This document shows positions 1 through 9,817 of a stretch of DNA of 64,000 nucleotides, piece by piece. The notes beneath the pieces are model-generated. The model made no database searches. It was given only the letters and a program-made list of their open reading frames with translations, and had not been told where the DNA came from. Both the position numbers and the translations under genes were made by a program. The first letter of the stretch is position 1; each line of letters starts with the position of its first letter. The stretch lies in contig MGHI01000020.1 in assembly GCA_001793155.1 (NCBI GenBank), positions 9,898 through 73,897 of the forward strand. The letters run 5' to 3'. Source of the DNA: Candidatus Woesebacteria bacterium RIFCSPLOWO2_01_FULL_39_61 (GTDB lineage Bacteria; Patescibacteriota; Microgenomatia; UBA8517).

Positions 1-2
1 TA

Positions 3-1103
3 TTTGTTTGCGACAAGTGTTTTTTGGTTCAACTGCCGGAACACGAATCTGCCGAAAATATTTTCAATGACCAATATGCCTATTTTTCGTCATATTCTAC
101 CTCTTGGCTAGAGCATGCTCAAGGATATGTCGACTACATAACTGACAGACTTAAATTGAGTAATAAAAGTCAGGTTATTGAGATTGCAAGTAATGATGGC
201 TACCTGCTTCAATACTTTCTACCTAAAAAAATCCCCGTATTAGGCATTGAACCTGCTAGGAACACAGCAAGGGTTGCAATCGAGAAAGGTATCCCTACTC
301 TAACGGAATTTTTCGGGGTTAAATTAGCAAAAAAACTAGTAAGTAAGAATATGAAAGCAGACCTTTTTATCGGGAATAATGTGTTGGCTCACGTTCCTGG
401 CCTTAACGATTTGGTGGCCGGGATGAAAATAATACTTAAGCCGGAAGGGATTATAACTATGGAATTTCCTCACCTGCTAAGGCTCATTAAAGGTAATCAG
501 TTTGATACTATTTACCATGAACATTTTTCATACTTTTCCTTCACTACGGTGAGAAAGATTTTCGCTAAACATGATCTTACAATTTTTGATGTTGAAGAAC
601 TTCCGACGCATGGCGGCTCACTAAGGATTTTTGCACGGCATACTAAAAATATTAACCTTCCCGAAACAGAACGGGCAAAAGAACTAGTTAAAACAGAAAA
701 AGAATACGGAATTGAAAAGGTTAAATCGTATACTAACTTTCAAAATAGGATAATTCAAACTAAGTTGAATCTACTAGAATTTCTTGTCGCTGAAAAAAAG
801 AAAGGAATGACCTTTGTGGGTTATGGAGCACCCGCAAAGGGAAATACCTTCTTAAACTATTGTGGAATAAGAAGCGATTTTTTGGATTACACGGTTGATA
901 GAAGTCCGCATAAACAAAACCATTTTTTGCCCGGAACAAGGATACCTATTTATTCTCCGGATGAAATACGGAAAACAAAGCCTAATTATGTGTTTATCTT
1001 ACCATGGAATATTAAAGAAGAAGTAATGGAACAGATGGCTGACGTTAGAAAATGGGGTGGTAAATTTTTAATTGCTATTCCAAATTTACAAATATTTGCA
1101 TGA
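3..1103 (+). CDS. NDP-hexose C-methyltransferase (SAM-dependent, Zn-binding), 5'-truncated by window edge
   Basis: Frame is open from position 3 (FVCDKCFLVQ, CxxC Zn motif). Motifs EIASNDG, FDTIYHEHFSYFS, THGGSLR and GYGAPAKGNT are typical of C-methyltransferases. Confidence 0.9.
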   Translation, partial: FVCDKCFLVQLPEHESAENIFNDQYAYFSSYSTSWLEHAQGYVDYITDRLKLSNKSQVIEIASNDGYLLQYFLPKKIPVLGIEPARNTARVAIEKGIPTLTEFFGVKLAKKLVSKNMKADLFIGNNVLAHVPGLNDLVAGMKIILKPEGIITMEFPHLLRLIKGNQFDTIYHEHFSYFSFTTVRKIFAKHDLTIFDVEELPTHGGSLRIFARHTKNINLPETERAKELVKTEKEYGIEKVKSYTNFQNRIIQTKLNLLEFLVAEKKKGMTFVGYGAPAKGNTFLNYCGIRSDFLDYTVDRSPHKQNHFLPGTRIPIYSPDEIRKTKPNYVFILPWNIKEEVMEQMADVRKWGGKFLIAIPNLQIFA

Positions 1104-1627
1104 TATTTAAAAAAACAAACTTAGATGGAGAATATATTATCTTGCCAGAAAAACTGGAAGATGAGAGGGGTTACTTTGCGAGAGTTTTTAGTATGGATGA
1201 GTTCGCAAAATTAAACCTGAATACTAAGTGGGTTCAGAACAATACTTTTTTCAGTAAAAAAAGAGGAACATTGAGAGGCTTAGTATATCAGGAAAAACCC
1301 AAAGAAGAGGTAAAACTAATTAGATGTACGAGAGGAGAAATTTATGATATTGCCGTTGATCTCCGTCGCAATTCAAAAACGTTTCATAAATTCACTGGAA
1401 TAGTTTTAAGCCATGAAAACGGATATATGCATTATATTCCTAAAGGTTTTGCCCACGGATACATCACACAGAAAGATGAAACAGAAGTTTTGTATCAAGT
1501 ATCAGAGTTCTACTCTCCTGAGCGCGCCAAAGGAGTTAGGTGGGATGATCCCTCCTTTGCGATAAAATGGCCGACGAAACCGGAAGTGATTTCGGAAAAA
1601 GATAATAGTTATCCGGACTACAAATAA
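1100..1627 (+). CDS. rmlC: dTDP-4-dehydrorhamnose 3,5-epimerase family protein (catalytic His substituted)
   Basis: DERGYF, GTLRGLxYQ, KLIRC, DIAVDLR, IPKGFAHG, GVRWDDP, ISEKD motifs; ATGA overlap with the upstream gene. Confidence 0.88.
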   Translation: MIFKKTNLDGEYIILPEKLEDERGYFARVFSMDEFAKLNLNTKWVQNNTFFSKKRGTLRGLVYQEKPKEEVKLIRCTRGEIYDIAVDLRRNSKTFHKFTGIVLSHENGYMHYIPKGFAHGYITQKDETEVLYQVSEFYSPERAKGVRWDDPSFAIKWPTKPEVISEKDNSYPDYK

Positions 1628-1631
1628 TATT

Positions 1632-2759
1632 ATGAAAATTTGCTTTATCGGGACATACGATAAAAACTACTCGAGAAACCAGATAATTTTTAACGGTCTT
1701 AATGATTTAGGAGTTAAATATGAAGAAATTCATGTTGCCCCGGTCGTTGACAGGCTGGACAATAAGAAACACTTAACTTTCTTGCCTGTTTTAAAAAGAA
1801 TTTTAAATAAACTCAGCCTGGTTCCTATTAGCATAAAAAGTTATAAGAAACTGTTTACATCCGATATTTTATTTGTTGCCTACCCTGGTTACTTGGATTT
1901 TCCATTCGCATTTTTGGTTGCTAAATTAATAAGAAAAAAGCTGGTATTCGACCCTTTAATCACGCTTTACGTCAGTTTTGTTGAAGATTTCGGAATACTT
2001 AAGCAAAATTCGTTATTCGCACGCTTGATTCGCATCTACGAGAGGTTAACATATAATGCTGCGGACCTTTTACTTGCAGATACAAAATTAATAGGAGATT
2101 TCTATAACGGAGTATATAAGGTACCTCTTTCCAAGATAAGGGTTGTTTATCTCGGCGCTAATGACCGAATCTATAAACCGACTATATTTACTAATTACTC
2201 TAAGCAGATAAATGTTGTTTATTACGGTTTATATAATCCTATTCATGGAGTGGAATATATAATTGAAGCTGCCAGAATTTGCAGAGACAACAAAAATATT
2301 AAATTTCTATTTATCGGTGACGGTCAAACTTACGAAAAAAATTATGCTCTCGCCAAGGAATACAATCTTACGAATATAACTTTTTATAAAGATTTAACAG
2401 AGAAAAATTCGATTGAATTACTAAAGGCAGCTGATATTTTTCTCGGGCTCTTCAAAGAAAGTGATACGGTCGACAGGCATATTCCCAATAAAGTTGTTCA
2501 GGGAGCAGCACTCGGAAAAGTTGTGGTAACTCCGAAGAGAAATTCTTTAAAAAATGTCTTCACGCATAAAAAAGATATTTATTTTTGTAAACCTGAAAGT
2601 GGTGAATCAATTGCAGAAGCCATTCTTACGTTACAAAATGACGTTGAGCTTCGTAAGAAAATTTCTCTTAATGCTTCAAAATTGTATCTTGGTAAATTTA
2701 CCTCACGAAGAATAGCTTCTAAGTTATTAAAAGTTTGTAAGGAGTTATATGAAAAATAA
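1632..2759 (+). CDS. glycosyltransferase family 4 (GT-B)
   Basis: YYGLYNPIHGVEYIIEAA, FIGDGQ, ADIFLG...IPNKVVQGAALGKVVVT (C-terminal GT-B domain). Confidence 0.85.
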   Translation: MKICFIGTYDKNYSRNQIIFNGLNDLGVKYEEIHVAPVVDRLDNKKHLTFLPVLKRILNKLSLVPISIKSYKKLFTSDILFVAYPGYLDFPFAFLVAKLIRKKLVFDPLITLYVSFVEDFGILKQNSLFARLIRIYERLTYNAADLLLADTKLIGDFYNGVYKVPLSKIRVVYLGANDRIYKPTIFTNYSKQINVVYYGLYNPIHGVEYIIEAARICRDNKNIKFLFIGDGQTYEKNYALAKEYNLTNITFYKDLTEKNSIELLKAADIFLGLFKESDTVDRHIPNKVVQGAALGKVVVTPKRNSLKNVFTHKKDIYFCKPESGESIAEAILTLQNDVELRKKISLNASKLYLGKFTSRRIASKLLKVCKELYEK

Positions 2760-3666
2760 AATAACAATTTCAATTGGTATCCCAACTTATCTAGCCGGTG
2801 AACATTTGGTGTCCACTCTACGAAGTATTTATCGACAAACATTTTATTCTCGGTTAAAAGAAATTCTATTAGTGGTAGACGGAGGTTATCTGGATCCAAA
2901 AATTGTTGGGAAAATAGGGAACAAAAAATTAAAAATAGTTCCTTTTACAAAAAGAAAAGGTCAGTCAACTCGAGTAAATGATATCTTTGCACAAGTTGAT
3001 TCGGACCTACTAATTTTGGCTAACGATGACGTGATTTTAGACGAAAAAGTCGTCGAAAAAATGGTCAGGATGTTTATAAAAGATCGATGTGACCTACTCT
3101 GTACAAAAGTTGAACCTCTTGCTCCCAAAACCAGATTAGAGAAGATTTTGAAACCCTCCCATTATATGAAATATGAAATTCTAAATGGGCTTAAAAATAA
3201 ACACGATAGTTTTTTAGTCAGTAACGGGAGACTTCTGGGTTTGTCAATCCGTTTATATAAGGGTATGAAACTCTCGCGGCAGTTATGGAATGGCGACGCC
3301 TTCATTTATCTGCATGCCAAATTACTCAACTATAAAATTTCATTCGTCGATGAAACCTTATGCTATTTCAGGGACCCTCAAAAACTTGAAGAGTATTTGA
3401 GTCAGTCAAAAAAATTTCGTAATTCACTATCAGAAAACAAGAATTACTTTAAGGGAGAGACTTTTATCAGAAAATATTATGAAATACCTAAATCCGTACT
3501 TGTTAGAGCTTATATATCAACATTCAAAAAACATCCAATCGATTTTATTTTGTACAACATATTATATTTGTGCTCTTATATTTGTTTGAGTTTCTACGAC
3601 CCGGAAAGAAACGTTGCATCAAAAAGGGCTTATTGGGAGGTTGATTACTCAACGAAGCAGATTTAA
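2749..3666 (+). CDS. glycosyltransferase family 2 (paralog 1 of QxxRF group)
   Basis: ISIGIPTY, VVDG, ANDDV, GDAFIY, QSKKF, C-terminal W-x5-TK. Confidence 0.85.
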   Translation: MKNKITISIGIPTYLAGEHLVSTLRSIYRQTFYSRLKEILLVVDGGYLDPKIVGKIGNKKLKIVPFTKRKGQSTRVNDIFAQVDSDLLILANDDVILDEKVVEKMVRMFIKDRCDLLCTKVEPLAPKTRLEKILKPSHYMKYEILNGLKNKHDSFLVSNGRLLGLSIRLYKGMKLSRQLWNGDAFIYLHAKLLNYKISFVDETLCYFRDPQKLEEYLSQSKKFRNSLSENKNYFKGETFIRKYYEIPKSVLVRAYISTFKKHPIDFILYNILYLCSYICLSFYDPERNVASKRAYWEVDYSTKQI

Positions 3667-3690
3667 AAAGTGTTTCTATCTAGCATAATT

Positions 3691-3798
3691 ATGAATAAAA
3701 TAGCAACGGCTACAATTGGAATACCGGCTTATAACGAGGAAGCAAATATTGGAAAATTCATATATCTACAAAAAAATAAGTTAAAAATATATGAATAA
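3691..3798 (+). pseudogene. 35-codon 5' remnant of a GT2 gene
   Basis: Translates as MNKIATATIGIPAYNEEANIGKFIYLQKNKLKIYE*. 3712-3758 matches 4654-4700 at 43/47 nt. Confidence 0.75.
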
Positions 3799-4627
3799 TT
3801 TAATTTATATAAAGTTATTATCAACTGCAATGTTTGAACCAATTTCAAAAAGGATAAAAAAGAGCGCTGAAAATAATCTTAGGAACATAAAAATTTTAGG
3901 CTTAACAATATCATTTCTGAATATTCGGGAACTTTTAGAAATATTCAAAGATATTTTCATCCTGAAAGAGTATGACTTTGTTTCGCGAAAAGCAAACCCC
4001 AAAATTATAGACTGTGGTAGTCATATCGGATTGGGTGTACTGTTTTTTAAGAAAATATATCCTAAGGCAGAGATAACCGCTATAGAGCCAAACCCCAAAA
4101 ATTTTCGCATTCTTAGTCAGAACATAAGCCAAAATAATCTTAAGAAAATTAAACTTGTAAATGCTGCAGTTACAAGAGCGGGCAGCAGGGTCATTTTCTA
4201 CAGGAGTAAACAAGCTACTAATGTTTTTGCTAGGGAAATGAACTTGTGGTCCTGGGGAGATTTTGTAAAAGGTGCAATGAATAAAAATTTAATTAATTAT
4301 GAAGCTTTAGAAGTACCATCTTTACGACTTTCTTCATTAATAACAAAGCAGATTGACTTTTTAAAAATTGATATCGAGGGCTCCGAGAGCGAAGTGCTTA
4401 GTGAAATAAAAGATAAATTATATCTTGTTAAGAAGTTAGTAATAGAATTTCACAATGAAACAAAAGAAGATTTTAAGAAACTCAAGAAAATACTTGAGAT
4501 TTTGGATAAAGAATCATTTAATTTTTATCTCATGCAAAAGAAGAAAATATTAGATGAAAATCTTGTGCAGGAGACTCTGCCGCCAAGACTATTGATAAAA
4601 GCTACAAATTCAATTTTACTCAATTAA
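3791..4627 (+). CDS. FkbM family methyltransferase
   Basis: IIDCGSHIG, AIEPNP, NAAV, IDFLKIDIEGSE, IEFH. Confidence 0.9.
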   Translation: MNNLIYIKLLSTAMFEPISKRIKKSAENNLRNIKILGLTISFLNIRELLEIFKDIFILKEYDFVSRKANPKIIDCGSHIGLGVLFFKKIYPKAEITAIEPNPKNFRILSQNISQNNLKKIKLVNAAVTRAGSRVIFYRSKQATNVFAREMNLWSWGDFVKGAMNKNLINYEALEVPSLRLSSLITKQIDFLKIDIEGSESEVLSEIKDKLYLVKKLVIEFHNETKEDFKKLKKILEILDKESFNFYLMQKKKILDENLVQETLPPRLLIKATNSILLN

Positions 4628-4632
4628 TATAT

Positions 4633-5550
4633 ATGAGAAAAAAACTAACAGTAACAATTGGAATACCGGCTTACAATGAAGAAGCAAACATTGGAAAATT
4701 GCTGCGTGCATTACTGGCACAAAAGCAAGGCAACTTTGTCCTGAAGAAAATTATAGTTGTTTCCGATGGTGGCACAGATAAAACAGATAACATTGTTACT
4801 TCTTTTAACGGCCGTTTAGTTAAGTTACTAAGAAACACTAAAAGGATAGGTCAGCCAAATGTCCAGAATTTAATAACTAAGAAGGTAAATACAGACGTTT
4901 TGGTTTTAATAAATGCTGATGTTTTACCCAGAAACAAAAACTTCCTAGCGGAAATAATTAGGCCCTTTTATTTAGATAGTAAAGTCGGAATAGTGGGTGC
5001 TGACACATTAAGTACGAAGCCTCGGACCTTTTTTGAGAAGATAATTATTACTGCAAGAGAATTCAAAAAAAGTGTTTATAAGGAAATAAACTATGGTTCG
5101 AATGTATATCTTTGTCATGGAAGAGCAAGAGCATTATCTAAAAAACTATATAAAAAGATAGATTGGCCGGACGATTGCGCTGAAGATGCTTATTCTTATT
5201 TTTATAGTTTAACTAATGGTTTTAGGTTTAAGTTTTCTAGCGAGGCAGCCGTTATATTCAGGTCGCCATCTGATTTGAGTGGGCACAAAAGACAACACGA
5301 TAGATTCTTAGAAGGAAAAAATAATTTAATACTTCATTTTGATGAAGACCTATTAAAACAAGAATATCAAATTCCAAGCTATTTATTCATGCAACAATTC
5401 CTTATTAATTTAGTTAGTAACCCCTTTAGTTTAATTTTATATTCCGTTATCACTCTTTTCCTGGAAATATCAAGACTTATAAATAACTCTGTAGATAAGA
5501 AAATTAATTACTCATTATGGCAGGTGTCAGCATCATCCAAAAAGCTATGA
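4633..5550 (+). CDS. glycosyltransferase family 2 (QxxRF group)
   Basis: IGIPAYNEE, SDGGTD, INAD, AEDAY, QHDRF. Confidence 0.9.
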   Translation: MRKKLTVTIGIPAYNEEANIGKLLRALLAQKQGNFVLKKIIVVSDGGTDKTDNIVTSFNGRLVKLLRNTKRIGQPNVQNLITKKVNTDVLVLINADVLPRNKNFLAEIIRPFYLDSKVGIVGADTLSTKPRTFFEKIIITAREFKKSVYKEINYGSNVYLCHGRARALSKKLYKKIDWPDDCAEDAYSYFYSLTNGFRFKFSSEAAVIFRSPSDLSGHKRQHDRFLEGKNNLILHFDEDLLKQEYQIPSYLFMQQFLINLVSNPFSLILYSVITLFLEISRLINNSVDKKINYSLWQVSASSKKL

Positions 5551-6461
5551 AAAGAAAATTACCTACAGCAACAGTTGGCTTGGCTGCTTATAACGAAGAG
5601 GCAAATATCGCAAATTTAATTAGGTCAATATTAGCCCAAAGAGAAGTTGGATTCCGATTGAAACAAATTCTTATCAATTCAGATGGCTCGTCTGACGATA
5701 CGGTAAAAATTATTAAGTCGTTTAAAACACGGAAGGTTAAAGTAATTGATAACAAAGTGCGCCGTGGACAACCTTTCAGAATGAGACAAATTTACAAGAT
5801 TTTTAACAGTGACTACCTAATTCAGACGGATGCAGATACTTTATGGGGACACGAGAATGTAATAAAAACCTTAGTAGCGGCTTTTGAATCTAACGAGAAT
5901 GTTGCGATGTGTGGAGGAAATATTATACCAATTGCGCCGAAAAGCTTAATACAAAAGGCTATTTATTCATCCACCAACGTTTACAGAAAATTCGCCGATG
6001 ATATAAACGAAGGGAACAATATCTTCACAGTACATGGTCTTTTGATGGCTTTTAGAAAGAATTATATAAAAACTATGATGCTTCCTGACGTTATAGCGAA
6101 CGATAAATATTTATATTTAAAGTGTGTTTCAGGCGGTTATGAGTACAAGTTTGTTAGAGATGCGATTGTTTATTTTGAACTTCCGCTGACATTAAAGGAT
6201 CAAATTAAGCAAAACACTAGGTTTAAAGTGGCAAAGAAGCAACTTTTCTTTTACTTCGACAAAGAATTTTTGTTAAAAGAGTACGAGAGACCAAAGACTG
6301 TATTTAAGTTGTTTATTGAAGAATTTATAAAACATCCTATACCTGTCCTTTATGTATTTTTGGTAAATCGTTACTGCAAGATTCTTGCCATTTTTAAAGA
6401 AAAGAAGATATCAAACATTCTTTGGGATAAATTGGAAAGGACTAAGGTTGCAGTAAACTAA
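5547..6461 (+). CDS. glycosyltransferase family 2 (QxxRF group)
   Basis: GLAAYNEE, SDGSSD, TDAD, ANDKY, QNTRF. Start placed at the ATGA overlap at 5547 (ORF track gives 5517). Confidence 0.9.
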   Translation: MKRKLPTATVGLAAYNEEANIANLIRSILAQREVGFRLKQILINSDGSSDDTVKIIKSFKTRKVKVIDNKVRRGQPFRMRQIYKIFNSDYLIQTDADTLWGHENVIKTLVAAFESNENVAMCGGNIIPIAPKSLIQKAIYSSTNVYRKFADDINEGNNIFTVHGLLMAFRKNYIKTMMLPDVIANDKYLYLKCVSGGYEYKFVRDAIVYFELPLTLKDQIKQNTRFKVAKKQLFFYFDKEFLLKEYERPKTVFKLFIEEFIKHPIPVLYVFLVNRYCKILAIFKEKKISNILWDKLERTKVAVN

Positions 6462-6465
6462 TCTA

Positions 6466-7377
6466 ATGAAAAAAATTCCGGAAGTAACAATAGCGGTCAG
6501 CGCATATAACGAAGAGAAAAATATTAAAAATTTTCTCGAATCTTTATTGGTACAAAAAGAATTTGGCTTTGTGTTGAAATCAATCTGGGTATTATCTGAC
6601 GGATCGAAGGATAGAACTGTTGAGTTCGCCAAATCTTTCAAGTCTAAAAAAATCAAAGTTTTTGATTACAAAGACAGATTGGGAAAGTCGAGCAGGTTAA
6701 ACCAGATTTATGCAAAGTTAAAAAGCGATATATTGGTACAGTCCGACGCCGATGTACTATTTGCCCATCCATATGTAATCTATGACGTCATTCAACCTCT
6801 TTTGAAAAACAAAAGGGTAGGGATGTGCGGAGGAAACCCTCAACCTCTAAAAGCGAAAACTTTTACAGAAAAGGCAGTTAATAATACTGTCTTTGCATAT
6901 CTTCCACTAAGAGAATCGGTAAGAGGTGGTAATAATATTTTTTCTGTTGATGGAAGATTGTTAGCTTATAAAAAAGCGTTAATAAAACAAATATATGTAC
7001 CCGAGGATATGATTGCAAACGACGCTTTTACTTACTTTGAATGTCTGGTTCATGGGTATGAATACCGTTTTGTTAAAGATGCTTTTGTAAATTTTCGTTC
7101 TCCACAAAATATTAAGGACCAAATTAGGCAAGTTACGAGATTTAAAGCAGCGAGAATCAGGATGTTTAGGCATTTTCCTAAAGATCTAGTTACCAAAGAA
7201 CAATATATTCCCGCAAGTTTACTTATTAAAAATATGCTGGTTCAATTCGTTAAACACCCGATCCACTGTAGTTATATATTTTTAGTCAATAAATTCTGCA
7301 AGTATCAGGCATTAAAAAATGAAAGTAAACTTAATTCCACTTGGGAGATTGCTTTGACGTCTAAAAATTTATCTTGA
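6466..7377 (+). CDS. glycosyltransferase family 2 (QxxRF group)
   Basis: VSAYNEE, SDGSKD, SDAD, ANDAF, QVTRF. Confidence 0.9.
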   Translation: MKKIPEVTIAVSAYNEEKNIKNFLESLLVQKEFGFVLKSIWVLSDGSKDRTVEFAKSFKSKKIKVFDYKDRLGKSSRLNQIYAKLKSDILVQSDADVLFAHPYVIYDVIQPLLKNKRVGMCGGNPQPLKAKTFTEKAVNNTVFAYLPLRESVRGGNNIFSVDGRLLAYKKALIKQIYVPEDMIANDAFTYFECLVHGYEYRFVKDAFVNFRSPQNIKDQIRQVTRFKAARIRMFRHFPKDLVTKEQYIPASLLIKNMLVQFVKHPIHCSYIFLVNKFCKYQALKNESKLNSTWEIALTSKNLS

Positions 7378-7396
7378 TGCCTGCGCTTATTTTATT

Positions 7397-8260
7397 ATGA
7401 AAAACAGAAGAAATATATCAGTAACAATTTGTATAAAAAAGTATTATCCGGTTGTTCTTGAAATTGTTGAGAGCTTTGTTAATCAAACCTTAAGTCCTTC
7501 AGACATCGTAATAGTAGGTGAACTACATGCATTAAATAAAATAAAGAAAAAGTTTGAAAAAGAGAAAAACATTACCTATGAGAGTTTTATTGGAGATAAG
7601 AATGTGGCCCGAAATAAATCTATTTCACTTGCAAAGGGAGATTATGTGATTTTTTCAGATTACGATATGGTTGCTTCCTTAAATTTATTGGAAGAGTGCT
7701 CAAAACTTCTTGGAAAACATAACGCTTTAGTAATTCCCGAAGTTGGTACAAATTCGAGGAATTTTTTCAAAAGAGTATTTAAGCTTGAAAAAGAGATTGC
7801 TAACGACGATAACGATGCAATAACTCCCAGAATGTTTAAAAAGAATTTGTTCGATGACGGAAGTAAACCATTTGATGTTAAATTTGGTGTTTTAGATGAG
7901 TGGGGTTTTTATAAAAACCTTAAAAAGAAAAAGCCTAGTGTTGGATATGTTAAGAATGCATTTTTTACTATAAAAGATAGATTCTCATTTTCAGAAAGAT
8001 TGGATAGAAGTTATAAAAAGGGGTTTTGGTCAAATTATTTAATAAAAGACATGGGCATGGAGGGTGTTAAAAGAATTAATCCAATTAATAGGGGGTTAAT
8101 TGTATATTCCAGAAATTTTAAATTATTTATTAATAATCCTTTTATTTTCCTAACACTTATTGCAATTAAGAATATTGAATTTCTATCCTTTGCTGTCGGT
8201 TACTTTGTTGGCAGTATCCAAAGAATTTCTTTAAAAGATATAGAAAACAATACCGCTTAA
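7397..8260 (+). CDS. divergent glycosyltransferase family 2
   Basis: ARNKSISLAKGDYVIFSDYD (GT-A DxD region), LDEW, C-terminal hydrophobic helix. Confidence 0.75.
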   Translation: MKNRRNISVTICIKKYYPVVLEIVESFVNQTLSPSDIVIVGELHALNKIKKKFEKEKNITYESFIGDKNVARNKSISLAKGDYVIFSDYDMVASLNLLEECSKLLGKHNALVIPEVGTNSRNFFKRVFKLEKEIANDDNDAITPRMFKKNLFDDGSKPFDVKFGVLDEWGFYKNLKKKKPSVGYVKNAFFTIKDRFSFSERLDRSYKKGFWSNYLIKDMGMEGVKRINPINRGLIVYSRNFKLFINNPFIFLTLIAIKNIEFLSFAVGYFVGSIQRISLKDIENNTA

Positions 8261-8270
8261 CGTCAAATAT

Positions 8271-9815
8271 ATGAAAAATATAATTTCAATAATTCTTTTT
8301 GCACTATTTTTATTTTTTATATTAGTTTTGGGATTGCGTGGTCTGCCGGGCAATCCGTCGAGTGTGGAAATTAATCAAGAAAGGTGGAAAGATGAGGGAC
8401 CATTGGAATTATCTCCCGAGAGAGGAAGATATGCTTTGACAATGTCCCTTATTGAAGACAAATCTTTTCATTTTTCTGTACCCATTGCGCGTTTCACAAC
8501 ACCAGATCTAGGTTACAAAAATGGAAAGTATGTATCACTTTTTGCTCCTGCAGTATCTTTCATTGTTATGCCCGGATATATTATTGGACAGTTTTTTGGT
8601 GCGTCACAACTGGGAGCATTCTTTATGATATTAATTTTTGCTTTAATTAATGCACTTTTGGTTCGATCAGTAGCAATTCATTTAGGTGCGAAAGCAAAAG
8701 CTGCAACTATTGCTTCATTATTATTTTTGTTTGCTTCACCTGCGTTTGCATACGCTGTTACCTTATATCAGCACCACATAACGACTTTTCTTATACTTTT
8801 TTCAATTTGGATATTGTTAAAATACAAGAATATTTTCTCTTTGGCTGTTGTCTGGTTTTTGTGTGCTTTATCAATACCGGTTGATTATCCGAATCTTTTT
8901 TTTATGCTGCCGATTGGTATATATGCCTTTGGTAGATTTTTTAATATAGATAAACTTCAAGAAACAGTAAAAATAAGAATTAAACCATTGGCATTTCTTA
9001 CTCTTGCAACCGTTTTAATTCCACTTGTATTTTTCTTATGGTTTAACAAGATGTCGTACGGCGATCCGTTACAGTTTTCAGGAACAGTAGCAAGCGTAAA
9101 AGCAATCGATGAACAAGGTAAATCTACAGTGCCGGGTAGAGCTGGTCAGGATAGGACGGAACAATTTATTAATCCTGATTTACAGAAGAAGTCATCCATT
9201 TTATTTTTCAGTACGAGAGAATTACCAAGCTTACTTTATATTCATTTATTTAGCCTCGACAGAGGAGTGTTGTTTTACACCCCCATTATGTTTTTTGGGA
9301 TAATAGGTATGTTTATTCTCTACAAAAGGAAAGAAAAGACAACTTCCCTGTTAGTGGCGATAATAGGTTTTAATATTTTCCTTTATGCAATGTTTGGCCA
9401 AGGCGGATGGGCATTCGGATCTCGTTACTTAATACCGAGTTACGCGATTCTTTCCATATTCATTGCTATAACCCTGACTCATTTAAGTAAGAAATTTTTA
9501 TTTGTAATACTGTTTTTGTTACTTTCAATTTATTCCGTTTCTGTTAATACTCTGGGGGCAGTTACAACCAATAGAAACCCCCCTAAAGTTGAAGCCGTTG
9601 CTTTGGAGAAAATATCAGGAAGAAAAGAATACTACACTTACCAGAGAAATTGGGAATATTTAAATAATCAAGGTTCTAAGTCATTTGTATTTCAAACATT
9701 TGCCAAGGATTATGTAACCGCGCCTCAATATTATTACTTTGTTGCAGGGTTGATAATTCTAGTTTTGGGCGGGCAAACAATCTTTTTGTACTTGAAGTCT
9801 AGAAAGGAAAAATAA
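8271..9815 (+). CDS. multi-pass membrane protein, putative GT-C glycosyltransferase
   Basis: N-terminal TM, large loop with acidic residues, many TM segments, LFSLDRGVLFYTP and WAFGSRYLIP motifs. Confidence 0.7.
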   Translation: MKNIISIILFALFLFFILVLGLRGLPGNPSSVEINQERWKDEGPLELSPERGRYALTMSLIEDKSFHFSVPIARFTTPDLGYKNGKYVSLFAPAVSFIVMPGYIIGQFFGASQLGAFFMILIFALINALLVRSVAIHLGAKAKAATIASLLFLFASPAFAYAVTLYQHHITTFLILFSIWILLKYKNIFSLAVVWFLCALSIPVDYPNLFFMLPIGIYAFGRFFNIDKLQETVKIRIKPLAFLTLATVLIPLVFFLWFNKMSYGDPLQFSGTVASVKAIDEQGKSTVPGRAGQDRTEQFINPDLQKKSSILFFSTRELPSLLYIHLFSLDRGVLFYTPIMFFGIIGMFILYKRKEKTTSLLVAIIGFNIFLYAMFGQGGWAFGSRYLIPSYAILSIFIAITLTHLSKKFLFVILFLLLSIYSVSVNTLGAVTTNRNPPKVEAVALEKISGRKEYYTYQRNWEYLNNQGSKSFVFQTFAKDYVTAPQYYYFVAGLIILVLGGQTIFLYLKSRKEK

Positions 9816-9817
9816 AA

